Source: Bryobacteraceae bacterium
GTDB lineage: Bacteria; Acidobacteriota; Terriglobia; Bryobacterales; Bryobacteraceae
Length of the DNA: 64,000 bases
Assembly: GCA_963794765.1 (NCBI GenBank)
Contig: CAWCGC010000028.1
Span: forward strand, 236,754-300,753
Reading direction: 5' to 3'
In this document: positions 17,422-27,380 of the stretch, one piece after another
How the letters are laid out: every line of letters starts with the position of its first letter
Numbering within the stretch: the stretch's first letter is position 1
The notes under the pieces: generated by a model
What the model was told of the DNA's origin: nothing
The model's database searches: none
Seen by the model: only the letters and a program-made list of their open reading frames with translations
Program-made: the position numbers and the translations under genes

Positions 17422-19132
17422 ATGCGCCAACTGACAATTGGAGTACTGTTCCTCCTTCGCATACACCAGTGCTGCCATCGCCCAGCAACCAGCTGCGGAG
17501 GCGGACGACGCAGAAAAGAAACTAGCCACCGTCGGCGGCCGGCTCACCGACGCGAATACAGGCGAACCGGTTCGCAAAGCAACACTAAGCCTCATGCAGA
17601 TGCCGAGCGGTGGTGCAGTGATGACGGGACCGCCTCCTGCTACGACGGTAACCACTGACAGCGAGGGAAAGTTCTCCTTTATGAAAGTCGAACCTGGCAC
17701 CTACATGCTGACTGCTGAGAAGACAGGATACGTTCGCCAGCAGTACGGGAGCCGAGGCGGACAGTTCGGCGGTTCGAGCATCGTGGTGAAAGCCGGGGAC
17801 AAGTTCGCCAGCCTCGACTTCAGGCTCCCCCGACAGGCAGTCATCACGGGTAAGGTTCTTGATGAAGACGGCGAGCCGGTCCCTAACGCGATGGTCAGTA
17901 CGATGCGGCTTCAGCCGTTCGGTCGCCAGCCGCAGATGATGGGAGGCCAGAGTACCAATGATATTGGCGAGTTCCGTGTCGCGAACTTAACTCCGGGAAA
18001 ATACTTTATTCGCGTCCAAAAAGGCGGCTACTTTACACCCCAGCTGTCGGCAGCTCCGGCCGACGACAAGAAAGACCAGCCGAAGCTCGATTACCTGCCG
18101 ACGTACTATCCAAACGCGACGGATGTGGCCTCCGCTGCACCCATCGTGGTCAGTTCCGGTCAGCAGGTTGATGGTGTCAACGTGCAGTTGAAGAAAGGCC
18201 GCGTCTACCAGGTCAGCGGCAAAATCAGCGGCATTGCACCAGGGACGCGCACCCAGATCAGCGTTCAGGAGAAAACCAATTCCCGCATCTTTATGGGCGG
18301 CTTTGGAGGTACTTCCACCAAGCCCGACGGAAGCTTCATTCTCCCTTCCGTGCAACCCGGCACGTACAATCTGATCGTGATGAGTTACGACGGCGGCCGC
18401 AGCGGGGTTGTCGGCCGGACGGAAATCACAGTCTCCAATGCGAATGTCGAAAACATAAACATCAGCGCAGGATCGGCCATCGATATTACAGGCCGCGTGA
18501 TTCCGGACAAGACGGAAGACAGCAACAACAACGATCCTGCGACGAACAAGCTGTCCGGACAAGTGGCGATCATCAGTGCGAACCACATGCCCAACTTCGG
18601 TCCGCCCGGCCGGATTCAGGACGACGGTACGTTCAAACTTACGAGCGTCTCACGGGACAAATTCCTGATTACGGTGTATGGTCTGCCTGCAAATCAATAT
18701 GTCAAGTCGGTAATGGCGGGTTCTGTGGACATCTCCGAAAACGGAATTGACCTGACGGCTGCCGAATCTGCACCACCGATCGAGATTCGGTTGAGCGCGA
18801 AAGGCGCGAGCGTGGACGGAGCAGTGGTCGACAATGACGGAAAGCCAGTTATCGGCTCCATGGTGCTGATGCTCCCGCAGCCGTACGATCCTGACAAAGC
18901 GTCAGTGCCGATGTACAGAAAGTCGACTACTACCGATCAGACCGGACACTTCTCACTCAAGGCGATCGCACCTGGCGAGTATCGCCTATACGCCTGGGAG
19001 TCGTACATTTCACTCGGAGACGTGGATGCCGACCAGCTTAAGCCATATGAAAAGAATGCCGCCACGGTCAAGCTCAAGGAAAGCGCTCACGAAACGGTGG
19101 AACTGAGAATAAATCCTGTGCCGGTCGAATAG
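17422..19132 (+). CDS. Secreted multi-repeat carboxypeptidase-regulatory-like (CarboxypepD_reg) domain protein, probable N-terminal frameshift
   Basis: Several 'GRVxD..G.PV..A.V' beta-sandwich repeats are present, for example 'GGRLTDANTGEPVRKATLSL' and 'ITGKVLDEDGEPVPNAMVS'. The signal peptide 'MRQLTIGVLFLL' (ATG 17422, GGAG RBS) is in a different frame from 'FAYTSAAIAQQ...'. The shift is near 17450-17460. Confidence 0.7.
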
Positions 19133-19563
19133 ACTCGGTCTGTTTTTGCGGTTGCACGTGAGCGTGTATTTGCTGCCCTGTGTCCCGGTGACGTTGTTGC
19201 TTTCGAACACGATGTTGGTCCGTCGAAGGTCGCGTTCTCGATTCGGCGTCTGCATGGAACCTTTCCATGTGCCTGCGAGATCTTCCCGGCGCACATTCTT
19301 TCGACACTTCGAACACACCTTGTGGTGCAACCGGTAGTCAGCTATGGCACTTCGTTGTTCGAAGTGATTGATCCAGCCCGGCCGATTCCTCACCTGGGGA
19401 GTTGCTTCATTATGTGGTGCCGGAGGTTGCGCAACGCACTGTCTCCGATGCCCGCATCCGCAAGGTGATGGCGATCGCGGCGAAGTACCGGCCGCGCGGG
19501 ACGCGCAGCACTCGCGGATTGCAGAAGTACAGGACCGCGTCGCGGATGCTGTTGCGTATTGCG

Positions 19564-21747
19564 TCAGCGGCGCAGACTGCGGAAGTTCTCTACGAGCATC
19601 AGGCTCGCATTGTTAGTTACGTATTGGGGGTAAACAGCCCATTGTTCGTCGGGGCTGACGTCGGCGTGGGCAAAGCCGTTCAGAGGCGCGATACTGCGGA
19701 CCGAGCCGGTAGCAAAGTCGAGGTATCGAAGCTCAGGCTGAGGAGCGCCGGCGGCGAAGTAAATTCCCCGCTCGAAAACGGTAAACAACCTGCCTCTTAC
19801 TGAGTTCAGCAGTTTTACATCTTGTGATCCGTCGATTCGCACACGATGGAGATCTCCCGTGTCACCGACACCACGCCGAACGTAGAGGTACTTTCCATCG
19901 ACTGATTCGGCCGCGGTTACCGCTCCTCCGGTCGTGACTTGCGTTTCAGAGCCGCCGGTGCCGCGTACTTTCCAGACTTCAGAATGGCCTGTCCGGTTCG
20001 ACATAAAGTATATCCACGCACCGTCTCGGGACCACATCGGAATGGCGTCGCTGGAAGGATTGCTGGTCAATCTCGACGGTGACCCGCCTTCAGACGGTAT
20101 GACATACACATCGAAACTACCGCCTGCATTACTGTCGAACGCGATCGAACGGCCGTCGGGAGACCATCGTGGAGTTCCAGCCATACCGCGTCCAAATGAA
20201 GTTAACTGGACGGCGTTTCGTCCGTCGGCGTCGCACGCCCAGATCTCGTCGACACCAGAGCGGGCAGACTGAAATGCGATTCGTTTTCCGTCGGGGGATA
20301 TGTGCGTGAACTTATCCCGCGCGGTAATCGCCGTAATTCGGACTTGTTCGCCGCCACGACCAGCGTGAATGGGTATTTTCAGGAGACTTCCGGACTCGCC
20401 GCCCCGATTGTAGGCGAGTGCCAGGCCGTCTGGCGAGACTGTCACATCCGACGCGCCGTCTGCTGCTCCGAACGTCAGATGGCTCGGGTTTCCCCCGCCG
20501 CTCGAGACGCTCCACAATTCCCGCTGCCCGCTTCGGTTCGAAGAAAAGATCAACTCGCGTCCGTCACTGCTCCAGGCTGGTGTCAGTACATTGACGTGAT
20601 CGTTTGTGATCCGAGTTGGCTCCGAGGAAGCGAGGGGCAGCTTCGGAGAAAGGGGCATCGTGTAAACATCCCCAGTTTGGGCACCGGTTAAACGAACAAA
20701 CGCCAGGGCGTTTCCGTCGGGCGATACTGCTGGTCCAAAGTCCCCCATGCTGCCTGTCGGCGGATGAGTGAACGGTTGCACTTCTCCGGTCTCCACTGCG
20801 ATTCGGACGAGGCGCCTGGCGGAGCCCGGCGCGGTCTCTGCCGATGTGAACAGATATTTGCCGTCCCGAGACCACGCCAGCAGCGAGCCCCAAAATGATA
20901 GTCCGCAAACGTGCGGGTCCCCCGAGCTGACGCAATCTTCTGCCTGAGGCGGAGCTTTCGTCACGCGGGCAACCTCTCTGATGTGACCGCCGGTTGCGGG
21001 CATCACCACAATCGCGCCATCTCGCCCCAGATCGCGAACTGCGGCGATCGAGAGGCCGTCAGGTGACCATGCGGGGCTGAAGACTCGGTCGCCGTGCGTC
21101 AGTTGTGTGGGATCACCAGGTCCTTTGAGCTTGTAATAGAGATCAAAAGCGGACTGGCCCGGGGCTCTCCAGGTGTACGCAAGTCTTGTTCCGTCCGGGG
21201 AGAAGGACGGATGCATTTCCAGCCCCTGATTTGCTGTTAAGGGCACAACTCTGACGTCCACGCGTGCGTTCGCTGTGGTTCTGCGCGCCATCAATGCTGC
21301 GACGACGGCCACCGTAAAAAAACAGGCGATGGCAACAGCTATCCTCCTGTATTTCCCGCGCGTAGGAGCTGGGAGTGCCTCTGAAAGTGCCTCCGGCTCG
21401 GCGTGCCCTTCCACTGAAACGGGCGCAAGGAAACGATAGCCCTGCCTGGCAACCGTCCCGACAAATCTTGGATTGTCAGCGTTATCTGCAAGCGCCTCGC
21501 GCAACTTTCTTACCGCGGTGTTGATTGCGTTGTCGAAATTCACGAAGGTGTCGTCCGGCCACAGGCGTTGTTGCACCTGCTCGCGAGTCACCAATTCACC
21601 GCGGTGCTCGAGCAGAAGAGTCAGTATCTGGCGGGGCTGTTCCTGGAGCCTTATACGGATCCCCTGCTTTCGCAGTTCTCCGGTTCGCGAATCGAATTCA
21701 AACGTTCCGAAGCGCCAGGTCTGGGCACGGAGGAGTTCGTGTGCCAT
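19564..21747 (-). CDS. CadC/OmpR-type winged-helix DNA-binding domain + TM + PD40/TolB beta-propeller sensor protein
   Basis: The N-terminal trans_reg_C domain reads 'WRFGTFEFDSRTGELRKQGIRIRLQEQPRQILTLLLEHRGELVTREQVQQRLWPD...RQGYRF'. One TM helix follows, then repeated 'SPDGxxxAF/Y' PD40 motifs. Confidence 0.8.
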   Translation of the reverse strand: MAHELLRAQTWRFGTFEFDSRTGELRKQGIRIRLQEQPRQILTLLLEHRGELVTREQVQQRLWPDDTFVNFDNAINTAVRKLREALADNADNPRFVGTVARQGYRFLAPVSVEGHAEPEALSEALPAPTRGKYRRIAVAIACFFTVAVVAALMARRTTANARVDVRVVPLTANQGLEMHPSFSPDGTRLAYTWRAPGQSAFDLYYKLKGPGDPTQLTHGDRVFSPAWSPDGLSIAAVRDLGRDGAIVVMPATGGHIREVARVTKAPPQAEDCVSSGDPHVCGLSFWGSLLAWSRDGKYLFTSAETAPGSARRLVRIAVETGEVQPFTHPPTGSMGDFGPAVSPDGNALAFVRLTGAQTGDVYTMPLSPKLPLASSEPTRITNDHVNVLTPAWSSDGRELIFSSNRSGQRELWSVSSGGGNPSHLTFGAADGASDVTVSPDGLALAYNRGGESGSLLKIPIHAGRGGEQVRITAITARDKFTHISPDGKRIAFQSARSGVDEIWACDADGRNAVQLTSFGRGMAGTPRWSPDGRSIAFDSNAGGSFDVYVIPSEGGSPSRLTSNPSSDAIPMWSRDGAWIYFMSNRTGHSEVWKVRGTGGSETQVTTGGAVTAAESVDGKYLYVRRGVGDTGDLHRVRIDGSQDVKLLNSVRGRLFTVFERGIYFAAGAPQPELRYLDFATGSVRSIAPLNGFAHADVSPDEQWAVYPQYVTNNASLMLVENFRSLRR

Positions 21748-21984
21748 CGGGCAAGTCTACCACTGAAAGTCCTCGATCACGTGCGACAGAACGGTTGTGA
21801 ACGGTGCTTTCTTCGGACATAACTTGCGTGAACTATCAACGACTGCAATGACTTGGATGGACAGGTACAAGTGATGCGCAACCCAGAGTAATTGATTTGA
21901 AGCCCGACCCGAACTGCGGCAATTTGGACCTCGCAGCGCTGGCGGGGAACATTACGCACGCGACCTGAGAGGAGCAAAGACGAA

Positions 21985-23142
21985 ATGCAGACACAGCAGA
22001 AGTACGCTTTCCGAGCCACGGGATGGGCACTCATGGCTATGGCGCTGGTTGTGCCAATTACTCATGGTCAGGACAGCACCACTACCCGGACGGAGCGCGA
22101 CAAAAAGCTGTTTTCGACCGAGACGTTTAGCGGGAACGGTCGAACATGCGATACCTGTCACAGCCTAAATAACTCCGGCACGGTCTCGCCGGAGGACGCG
22201 CAGCGGCGTTACCGCAAGAATCCGCAGGATCCACTGTTTCTGGCGGACGGCAGTGATGACGGCCAGGGCCGCGGCGTCAATCGCATCCTGAGAGACGCAA
22301 CGATTCTGGTTGAAATCCCTTTGCCTTCGAACGTGAGGGTGACGGATGACCCGACCGCAAGATCGGTCATTTTCGCCCGTGGAATACCGACGACTCACAA
22401 CACGCCAGCGCTGGATCCTGTCTTAATGCAGGACGGAAGGGATCCGGACCTCCCGACCCAGGCGCTTCATGCCATTCAGCGGCATTTTCAGGCGACGGTA
22501 TCTCCGTCCTTGTCGGATCTGTTCGCTATCGCGCAATTCGAGTTAACGGAACCGTTCTTTAGTTCGCCGACGCTGCGTCGATTTGCTCAGGGCGGCCCGG
22601 CGCCTGTGCTGCCGGAAGGCAGAACCAATTCCGAAAAACGTGGTCGCCTCTTCTTCATCGACGCTCCCGCCACGGGCGATGGAAGGAAAGGCGCCTGTGG
22701 GGTGTGCCACGGCGGGCCGATGCTCAACCAGACGACCGAGAATTTCCGCATTGCGACCAACGGACTTGTACCGAAGGGCACGCGCTTCCAGAGTGTTGGA
22801 GTCTCGGAGATCAACGAAGCTGGGAATCCCGTTCGCAGCTTCATCTTTCGGCGCGTGGACGGTACGGAACAACTTGTGTCCAGTCCAGACCCTGGTCGGG
22901 CTCTGATTACCGGGAGCATCGATCCTTCTCCCTTCGCCCCCAATTCTGACTTCAACGCTTTCAAAATTCCCACGCTGTGGGGCGTGAAAGAGACCGGACC
23001 GTATTTCCACGACAACTCCGCCAAAACGCTGGAGGACGTGGCCGCCCATTATGCGCAGTTCTTTTTGACCATACCGGCGCACATCGTGCTGAGTGAGCAG
23101 GACCAGCAGGACATCGTTGCGTACCTGAAGCTTCTGAACTGA
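21985..23142 (+). CDS. Di-haem cytochrome c peroxidase (CCP/MauG) family protein
   Basis: Signal peptide, two haem-binding CxxCH motifs ('CDTCH' and 'CGVCH') and a C-terminal 'FKIPTLWGV...PYFHDNSAKTLEDV' typical of CCP. A GAGAGGAG RBS precedes the start. Confidence 0.7.
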   Translation: MQTQQKYAFRATGWALMAMALVVPITHGQDSTTTRTERDKKLFSTETFSGNGRTCDTCHSLNNSGTVSPEDAQRRYRKNPQDPLFLADGSDDGQGRGVNRILRDATILVEIPLPSNVRVTDDPTARSVIFARGIPTTHNTPALDPVLMQDGRDPDLPTQALHAIQRHFQATVSPSLSDLFAIAQFELTEPFFSSPTLRRFAQGGPAPVLPEGRTNSEKRGRLFFIDAPATGDGRKGACGVCHGGPMLNQTTENFRIATNGLVPKGTRFQSVGVSEINEAGNPVRSFIFRRVDGTEQLVSSPDPGRALITGSIDPSPFAPNSDFNAFKIPTLWGVKETGPYFHDNSAKTLEDVAAHYAQFFLTIPAHIVLSEQDQQDIVAYLKLLN

Positions 23143-23181
23143 CCGGTCAACGTTTCACCACAGATCTGAAAGGACCTTGTC

Positions 23182-24222
23182 ATGCGATTGGGACTAGTGT
23201 TGCTGTGTGCCGGGGCACTCCTCAGCGCAATCAATGCCACGGCGCAAGATGCAATTCGTGGTGGACCCGCAACTGAGATGTGCATCCAGCTAAGGCGGAG
23301 CGTGCTTGACCGATTCGCAGAACACGGAATCAAGGAGGCCGAGGCGGCGCTCCCGGCAGTTATGGACAGTGCCACAGCGGGTTCCGATCGGATGTGCACC
23401 GCGTGGAGTATGTATGATTTGGCGGCCGTTCTGTATGTTTCCGGACGGCTGTCGGAATCGGAGAAGTTCGCTGAACGGTCTGTTCGGATGCTCGACGAAG
23501 GCTATAAACATGACGATCCAGCGCTCGTACGTCCGCTCCAAGTCCTGACTGCCATCCGCTTCGAACTGGGCAAGACAGCTCGAGCGAGGGAAGCCTTTCA
23601 AAGACTGCAGTCGATTCGAATCGAGCGGCCGGAGAACAGAGCCGCGGTTCACAGCCTCGGCGGCGCACTGCTTGAAGCGGAGGGACGCCTTCCGGAGGCT
23701 GAACTCGAGTATTCCGCTGCAATTGGCGATTGGCGGCAGTGCGGCCGCGCCGACACCGCCGATGCAGGGGCCGTGTTAACCGCCGTCGGATCGCTGCATG
23801 TAAAGCAAGGCCGATATGTCGAGGCCCGGCAGGCTTTGGATCGAGCGCTGGCTGTATTCGCAGGGTCAAACGACACCGTGGTCATGGACCGGGTTAAAGC
23901 GCTTAATGTTCGGGCCTCGCTGCACGCAAAGCAAGGTGAATGGCAAGACGCGAGCCGGGACCTCACGGAGGCGATTTCGATTAGCCGCGGAGATGGCGGC
24001 CTGGATTCGGCGGCGCTTGCATCGGTGCTGACCAGGTACGCTTACGTGCTGCGCAAGCTTCACCGAAAAGCCGAGGCCCGCTCGATTGAGGTGCAGGTGG
24101 TTACTGCAGGCAGCACGCCCGTCGCTCAGGCTGTTGTGGATGTGACGGAGTTCAGGAGCGGCGATAGCTTCGGCCATAAGCATGCGCACGGTGCCGGCCG
24201 CGGGAAAGCATTACGTGAATAG
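23182..24222 (+). CDS. Secreted tetratricopeptide-repeat protein
   Basis: Signal peptide 'MRLGLVLLCAGALLSAINATAQD', followed by repeated TPR-like helices ('EAEGRLPEAELEYSAAI', 'HVKQGRYVEARQALDRAL', 'HAKQGEWQDASRDLTEAI'). Confidence 0.6.
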   Translation: MRLGLVLLCAGALLSAINATAQDAIRGGPATEMCIQLRRSVLDRFAEHGIKEAEAALPAVMDSATAGSDRMCTAWSMYDLAAVLYVSGRLSESEKFAERSVRMLDEGYKHDDPALVRPLQVLTAIRFELGKTARAREAFQRLQSIRIERPENRAAVHSLGGALLEAEGRLPEAELEYSAAIGDWRQCGRADTADAGAVLTAVGSLHVKQGRYVEARQALDRALAVFAGSNDTVVMDRVKALNVRASLHAKQGEWQDASRDLTEAISISRGDGGLDSAALASVLTRYAYVLRKLHRKAEARSIEVQVVTAGSTPVAQAVVDVTEFRSGDSFGHKHAHGAGRGKALRE

Positions 24223-25233
24223 AGAGTCGGCTTGTTGGTTGGTGTGAGGATGAAGCCGATGACCGGCCGTCATCGCCTGACGCAATCTGCCAGCTGCCAG
24301 GTTCAGTGCTTCCCGCGCCTCAGGAAGGACGCCTGCCATCCTCCAGAATCCGTGAAACATACCGGGAATGATGTGCAGTTCCACGGGCACACCTTCCTGC
24401 TCCAGACGTCGGGCGTACTCGATGCTGTCGTCGAGAAGAGGATCGAGCTCGGCGCAAATCAGCAATGTGTTCGGCATAGCTGCCAGGCTCTCAGCACGCA
24501 ACGGAGAGACGTAAGGATCCGCCAAATCTTCAGGGCGATTTACGTAATGATTGTGGAACCACGTGACGTCGGCGGTGCTCAAAGCGCTCGCCTCGCCATC
24601 GCCAAAGAGCTGATACGACGAGCTGAGGTAATTCGCGTCAAGAGCCGGGTATACGAGAAGCTGAAACGCGAGTGGCGGCCCTCCGTGATCACGGCAAGAC
24701 AATGATGCCGCGGCTGCCAGATTCGCACCCGAGCTATCGCCACCAACGGCAAGATGATCGCGGTCAAGACCCCAGTTATCGGCGTTCTCACGTACCCACG
24801 AGATTGCGCTTTGGACGTCGTTCAACGCTGCCGGGAATTTGTGCTCTGGCGCAAGACGATAGTCAACGGACAGAACGGCGCATCCGGATCGATTGGCGAG
24901 GGTGCGAGCCAGCCCGTCCACGCTGGTGTAGTCGCCCACGATCCAGCCACCACCGTGCATATAGATCAGCGTCGGCACGGGTGGCGGCAAGTCCGGTATG
25001 TAGAGTTGTGCGCCGAGCTCGGGAGCACTGCCAGATGAGATACGGACCTGTTCGACTCGAGCGACCGACTCTGCAGGACCGGCGAGCGACTTCATATGGC
25101 GAATTGCGGCGCGCGCCTGCTCGACGCTCATCGCTGACCATCCAGGAAACCCGCTCGCACGAATACTGCTGAGGAGATCCGCCGCTTCCGGTGTCAATCG
25201 GTTGATTGGGCGGAACTCGGCCGGCGTTGGCAT
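24211..25233 (-). CDS. Alpha/beta hydrolase fold-3 esterase/lipase (HSL family)
   Basis: Oxyanion motif 'HGGGW' ('IYMHGGGWIVGD') and nucleophile motif 'GDSSGANLA'. Confidence 0.8.
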   Translation of the reverse strand: MPTPAEFRPINRLTPEAADLLSSIRASGFPGWSAMSVEQARAAIRHMKSLAGPAESVARVEQVRISSGSAPELGAQLYIPDLPPPVPTLIYMHGGGWIVGDYTSVDGLARTLANRSGCAVLSVDYRLAPEHKFPAALNDVQSAISWVRENADNWGLDRDHLAVGGDSSGANLAAAASLSCRDHGGPPLAFQLLVYPALDANYLSSSYQLFGDGEASALSTADVTWFHNHYVNRPEDLADPYVSPLRAESLAAMPNTLLICAELDPLLDDSIEYARRLEQEGVPVELHIIPGMFHGFWRMAGVLPEAREALNLAAGRLRQAMTAGHRLHPHTNQQADSLFT

Positions 25234-25313
25234 GCAGCGTAGTCTAACATTCGCGGACAGGTTGGTTGTCGGCAGATGTCAGGAGGAAAGATGATTCCGT
25301 GTGCGGACGGTTG

Positions 25314-26303
25314 CTAGACCCAGCGTCGAAGCCAGGCGATGATTTCCTCACGCATCGCAGGTGTTTCCTGGTGCTTTGTTTGCGGGGAACGGAAGAGCTT
25401 CCATCTTTCGGGGTGGCCGGCCGCGGCGTAGACCTTCTTCAGCTCGGCATCGATGCGGTCGAGTCCCTTCGGCGGTGTTAACGGGTCGAGTTCGCCAGCG
25501 AGTCCGAGGTGAGGGCGCGGGGCGATCAGAGCATTGATTTGCGCCGTTGTGAAGTGCTTCATCAGGCCGGGGACGAAGTAGTAGACGCCATGTCCTTTCA
25601 GATTGTTAGTTTCGATGAGGGCCTGGAAGTCGGTCAGGCAACAGATGTCCACACAGCACTTGACGCGCTCATCGAGTGCGGCAAGATACCATGCAGCGGT
25701 GCTTCCCATGCTCATGCCGAGGGTGGAAATTCGCGTGGAGTCTACGTCGGGGCGCGTTGTTAAGTAATCCATTGCACGGAGCGAGTCGTAGACCATCATT
25801 CCCCACAGCACCTGACCGTGCCAGAGCATGTCTTTGAAGGCATCGAGTTCCGTCCGTGTGGCTCGCTCGCCGAAGACCCATGTGTCACAGCAGAGTCCGT
25901 TCCATCCGAACGAGGTCACTACTTCGGCGTAGGGCGGGTTTGCGAGGTAGGAACGGCCTTCGAGGAACTCGTTTTTGCCGATGGTGTATCCGCCTCCGTG
26001 GGAGTGATGAAAGAGCATCGTGGGCCGGCGCTCTCTGGGGCTGGCTGCGAGCGGCGTGACGTAGAATGCCGGGACGGGTTCGATCCCGTTCAGGTCGAGG
26101 ACGAGTTTGTCGAGGTGATACTTCGGACGGTCTTCGCTCGAAACCAGACGGGCGGTGATCGGCCGGTTACGGTCCGGGAGATCGCCGAGCAGTGAGTAGA
26201 GCTCCTTGCGTCTGGCCTTCGGGTCCTGGTTTGTTGCTGCTGCGGCTTTCAGAGTCAGGGGCATGGCGGCGGCTGCGGCGGCGAGTAAATGGCGTCTGGT
26301 CAT
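25314..26303 (-). CDS. Alpha/beta hydrolase (acetylxylan-esterase/dienelactone-hydrolase-like) with Tat-type signal
   Basis: '[23 protein letters not shown]' looks like a Tat signal, and the nucleophile elbow is 'GMSMGS'. I prefer the ATG 26303 start over the TTG at 26312. Confidence 0.7.
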   Translation of the reverse strand: MTRRHLLAAAAAAMPLTLKAAAATNQDPKARRKELYSLLGDLPDRNRPITARLVSSEDRPKYHLDKLVLDLNGIEPVPAFYVTPLAASPRERRPTMLFHHSHGGGYTIGKNEFLEGRSYLANPPYAEVVTSFGWNGLCCDTWVFGERATRTELDAFKDMLWHGQVLWGMMVYDSLRAMDYLTTRPDVDSTRISTLGMSMGSTAAWYLAALDERVKCCVDICCLTDFQALIETNNLKGHGVYYFVPGLMKHFTTAQINALIAPRPHLGLAGELDPLTPPKGLDRIDAELKKVYAAAGHPERWKLFRSPQTKHQETPAMREEIIAWLRRWV

Positions 26304-26340
26304 TCCGTACAATCACCAACAGTCTATATCTCCGGGCTGC
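26291..26340. repeat. Copy 1 of an about 50-nt direct repeat containing TACAAT
   Basis: The core 'CCGTACAATCAccAACAGTCTAT..TCC...CTGCA' also occurs at 26870-26920. This copy abuts the start codon of the alpha/beta hydrolase gene. Confidence 0.5.
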
Positions 26341-26460
26341 ACGCGAGATGTGCTCAGGCGCGACTGTGTCTGCACACGCGTCGGAGTTCGCTTGAGTGCG
26401 GTGTCAGCGAAGGCGGGCGACTCAGCCGCCGCAGCGAATTATTGGGAGCGCCGCACTTTA

Positions 26461-26846
26461 TCAGAGTTCGTCTCGCCGGAGAGGCGACGAGCACTCACCT
26501 CCGAACAGCTTCGCGGCCATCCCTTTTACTGCACCCGGGATGCCGTTATGTCGGGCGCTGTGAATCTGCTCAAGCAGTTCAGTGATATTGCCGCCTTCGG
26601 CGCTGTTCTTTGACAGGATCCCGCCGAGCAGAGCGGTGGCGATGGGGCATAAAGCTTCGTGATGATACGGCGGCGTCGCAAGCGCGGACGGATCTGTCGC
26701 GAAATGTGCGAGGCCTCCGCCCAGTAATCAGGTCAGAGAGGCCGGAGCGGATGTGGTTTGATCCGGGTTTATAACATACTGTCCAGCCAGTTGGCTGACG
26801 GCTGCGCCGCCACCCCGATCGCGAGAATCGTGTTCCTGTGCTGCAC
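26461..26846 (-). pseudogene. DUF937-like small protein, at least 2 frameshifts (tentative)
   Basis: Three minus-strand frames read in succession. They give 'VQHRNTILAIG', then 'GGGAAVSQLAGQYVINPDQTTSAPASL', then 'LLGGGLAHFATDPSALA...LLGGILSKNSAEGGNITELLEQIHSA...GMAAKLFGG'. This resembles the Gly-rich DUF937 pattern. The shifts are near 26811-26818 (a C4 run) and 26722-26745. Confidence 0.3.
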
Positions 26847-26869
26847 CGCCGCGCGGGCTCGTGCCCCTG

Positions 26870-26920
26870 GCGCCGGTGATCCCGTACAATCATGAACAGT
26901 CTATCTATGTCCACACTGCA
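26870..26920. repeat. Copy 2 of the about 50-nt direct repeat (bcp promoter / 5' end)
   Basis: See copy 1. TACAAT at 26885-26890 lies 16 nt before the preferred bcp ATG at 26907. Confidence 0.5.
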
Positions 26921-27380
26921 AGAGGGAGCCGTCGCACCGCCGATCGAGGCAACGACAGACACTGGCGGGACTTTCCGTCTTTCGGATCACAAGGGCAAGA
27001 GCATTGTGCTGTACTTCTACCCGAAAGCCGATACACCTGGCTGCACCACCGAGGCTTGCGAGTTTCGGGATGCTATTGAAGACTTCAAGGGAATCGATGC
27101 CGAGATTGCAGGCGTGTCGCCGGACGATCCCAAGGCTCTAACGAAGTTCAAACAGAAGTACTCGCTGCCTTTCACGCTGCTGGCGGACGAGTCGCACAAA
27201 ATCTCTGAAGACTACGGTGTGTGGGCCGAGAAGAGCATGTACGGGAAGAAGTACATGGGCGTCGAGCGGACCACGTTCATTATCGACAAGAACGGTACAA
27301 TTGCCCGGATCTTCCGCAAGGTGAAGCCGGCTGGACATGCCGAAGAAGTGAAAGCTGCTTTGACGGCTGCTAACGCTTAA
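26907..27380 (+). CDS. bcp: Thioredoxin-dependent peroxiredoxin Bcp
   Basis: 'IVLYFYPKADTPGCTTEACEFRD' contains the peroxidatic and resolving Cys motif of Bcp/PrxQ. I chose the MSTLQEG start at 26907; the ORF-track start is 26892. Confidence 0.9.
   Translation: MSTLQEGAVAPPIEATTDTGGTFRLSDHKGKSIVLYFYPKADTPGCTTEACEFRDAIEDFKGIDAEIAGVSPDDPKALTKFKQKYSLPFTLLADESHKISEDYGVWAEKSMYGKKYMGVERTTFIIDKNGTIARIFRKVKPAGHAEEVKAALTAANA

Noticed and set aside
19010-19393. A 127-aa minus-strand ORF in the gap between the CarboxypepD_reg gene and the CadC-like gene. It contains a 'LAGTWKGSMQTP' segment and a 7-bp hairpin at 19349-19367.
   Set aside because: It overlaps the 3' end of the convergent gene by about 120 nt and has an odd composition. 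Plausible pieces are scattered over several frames. It may be a decayed small gene, but I cannot reconstruct or name it.
26579-26962. The 127-aa minus-strand ORF from the track, spanning the bcp upstream region.
   Set aside because: Its composition is Arg-rich and unprotein-like, and it overlaps the bcp start. The DUF937-like pieces in the other frames explain the region better, although they are themselves tentative.
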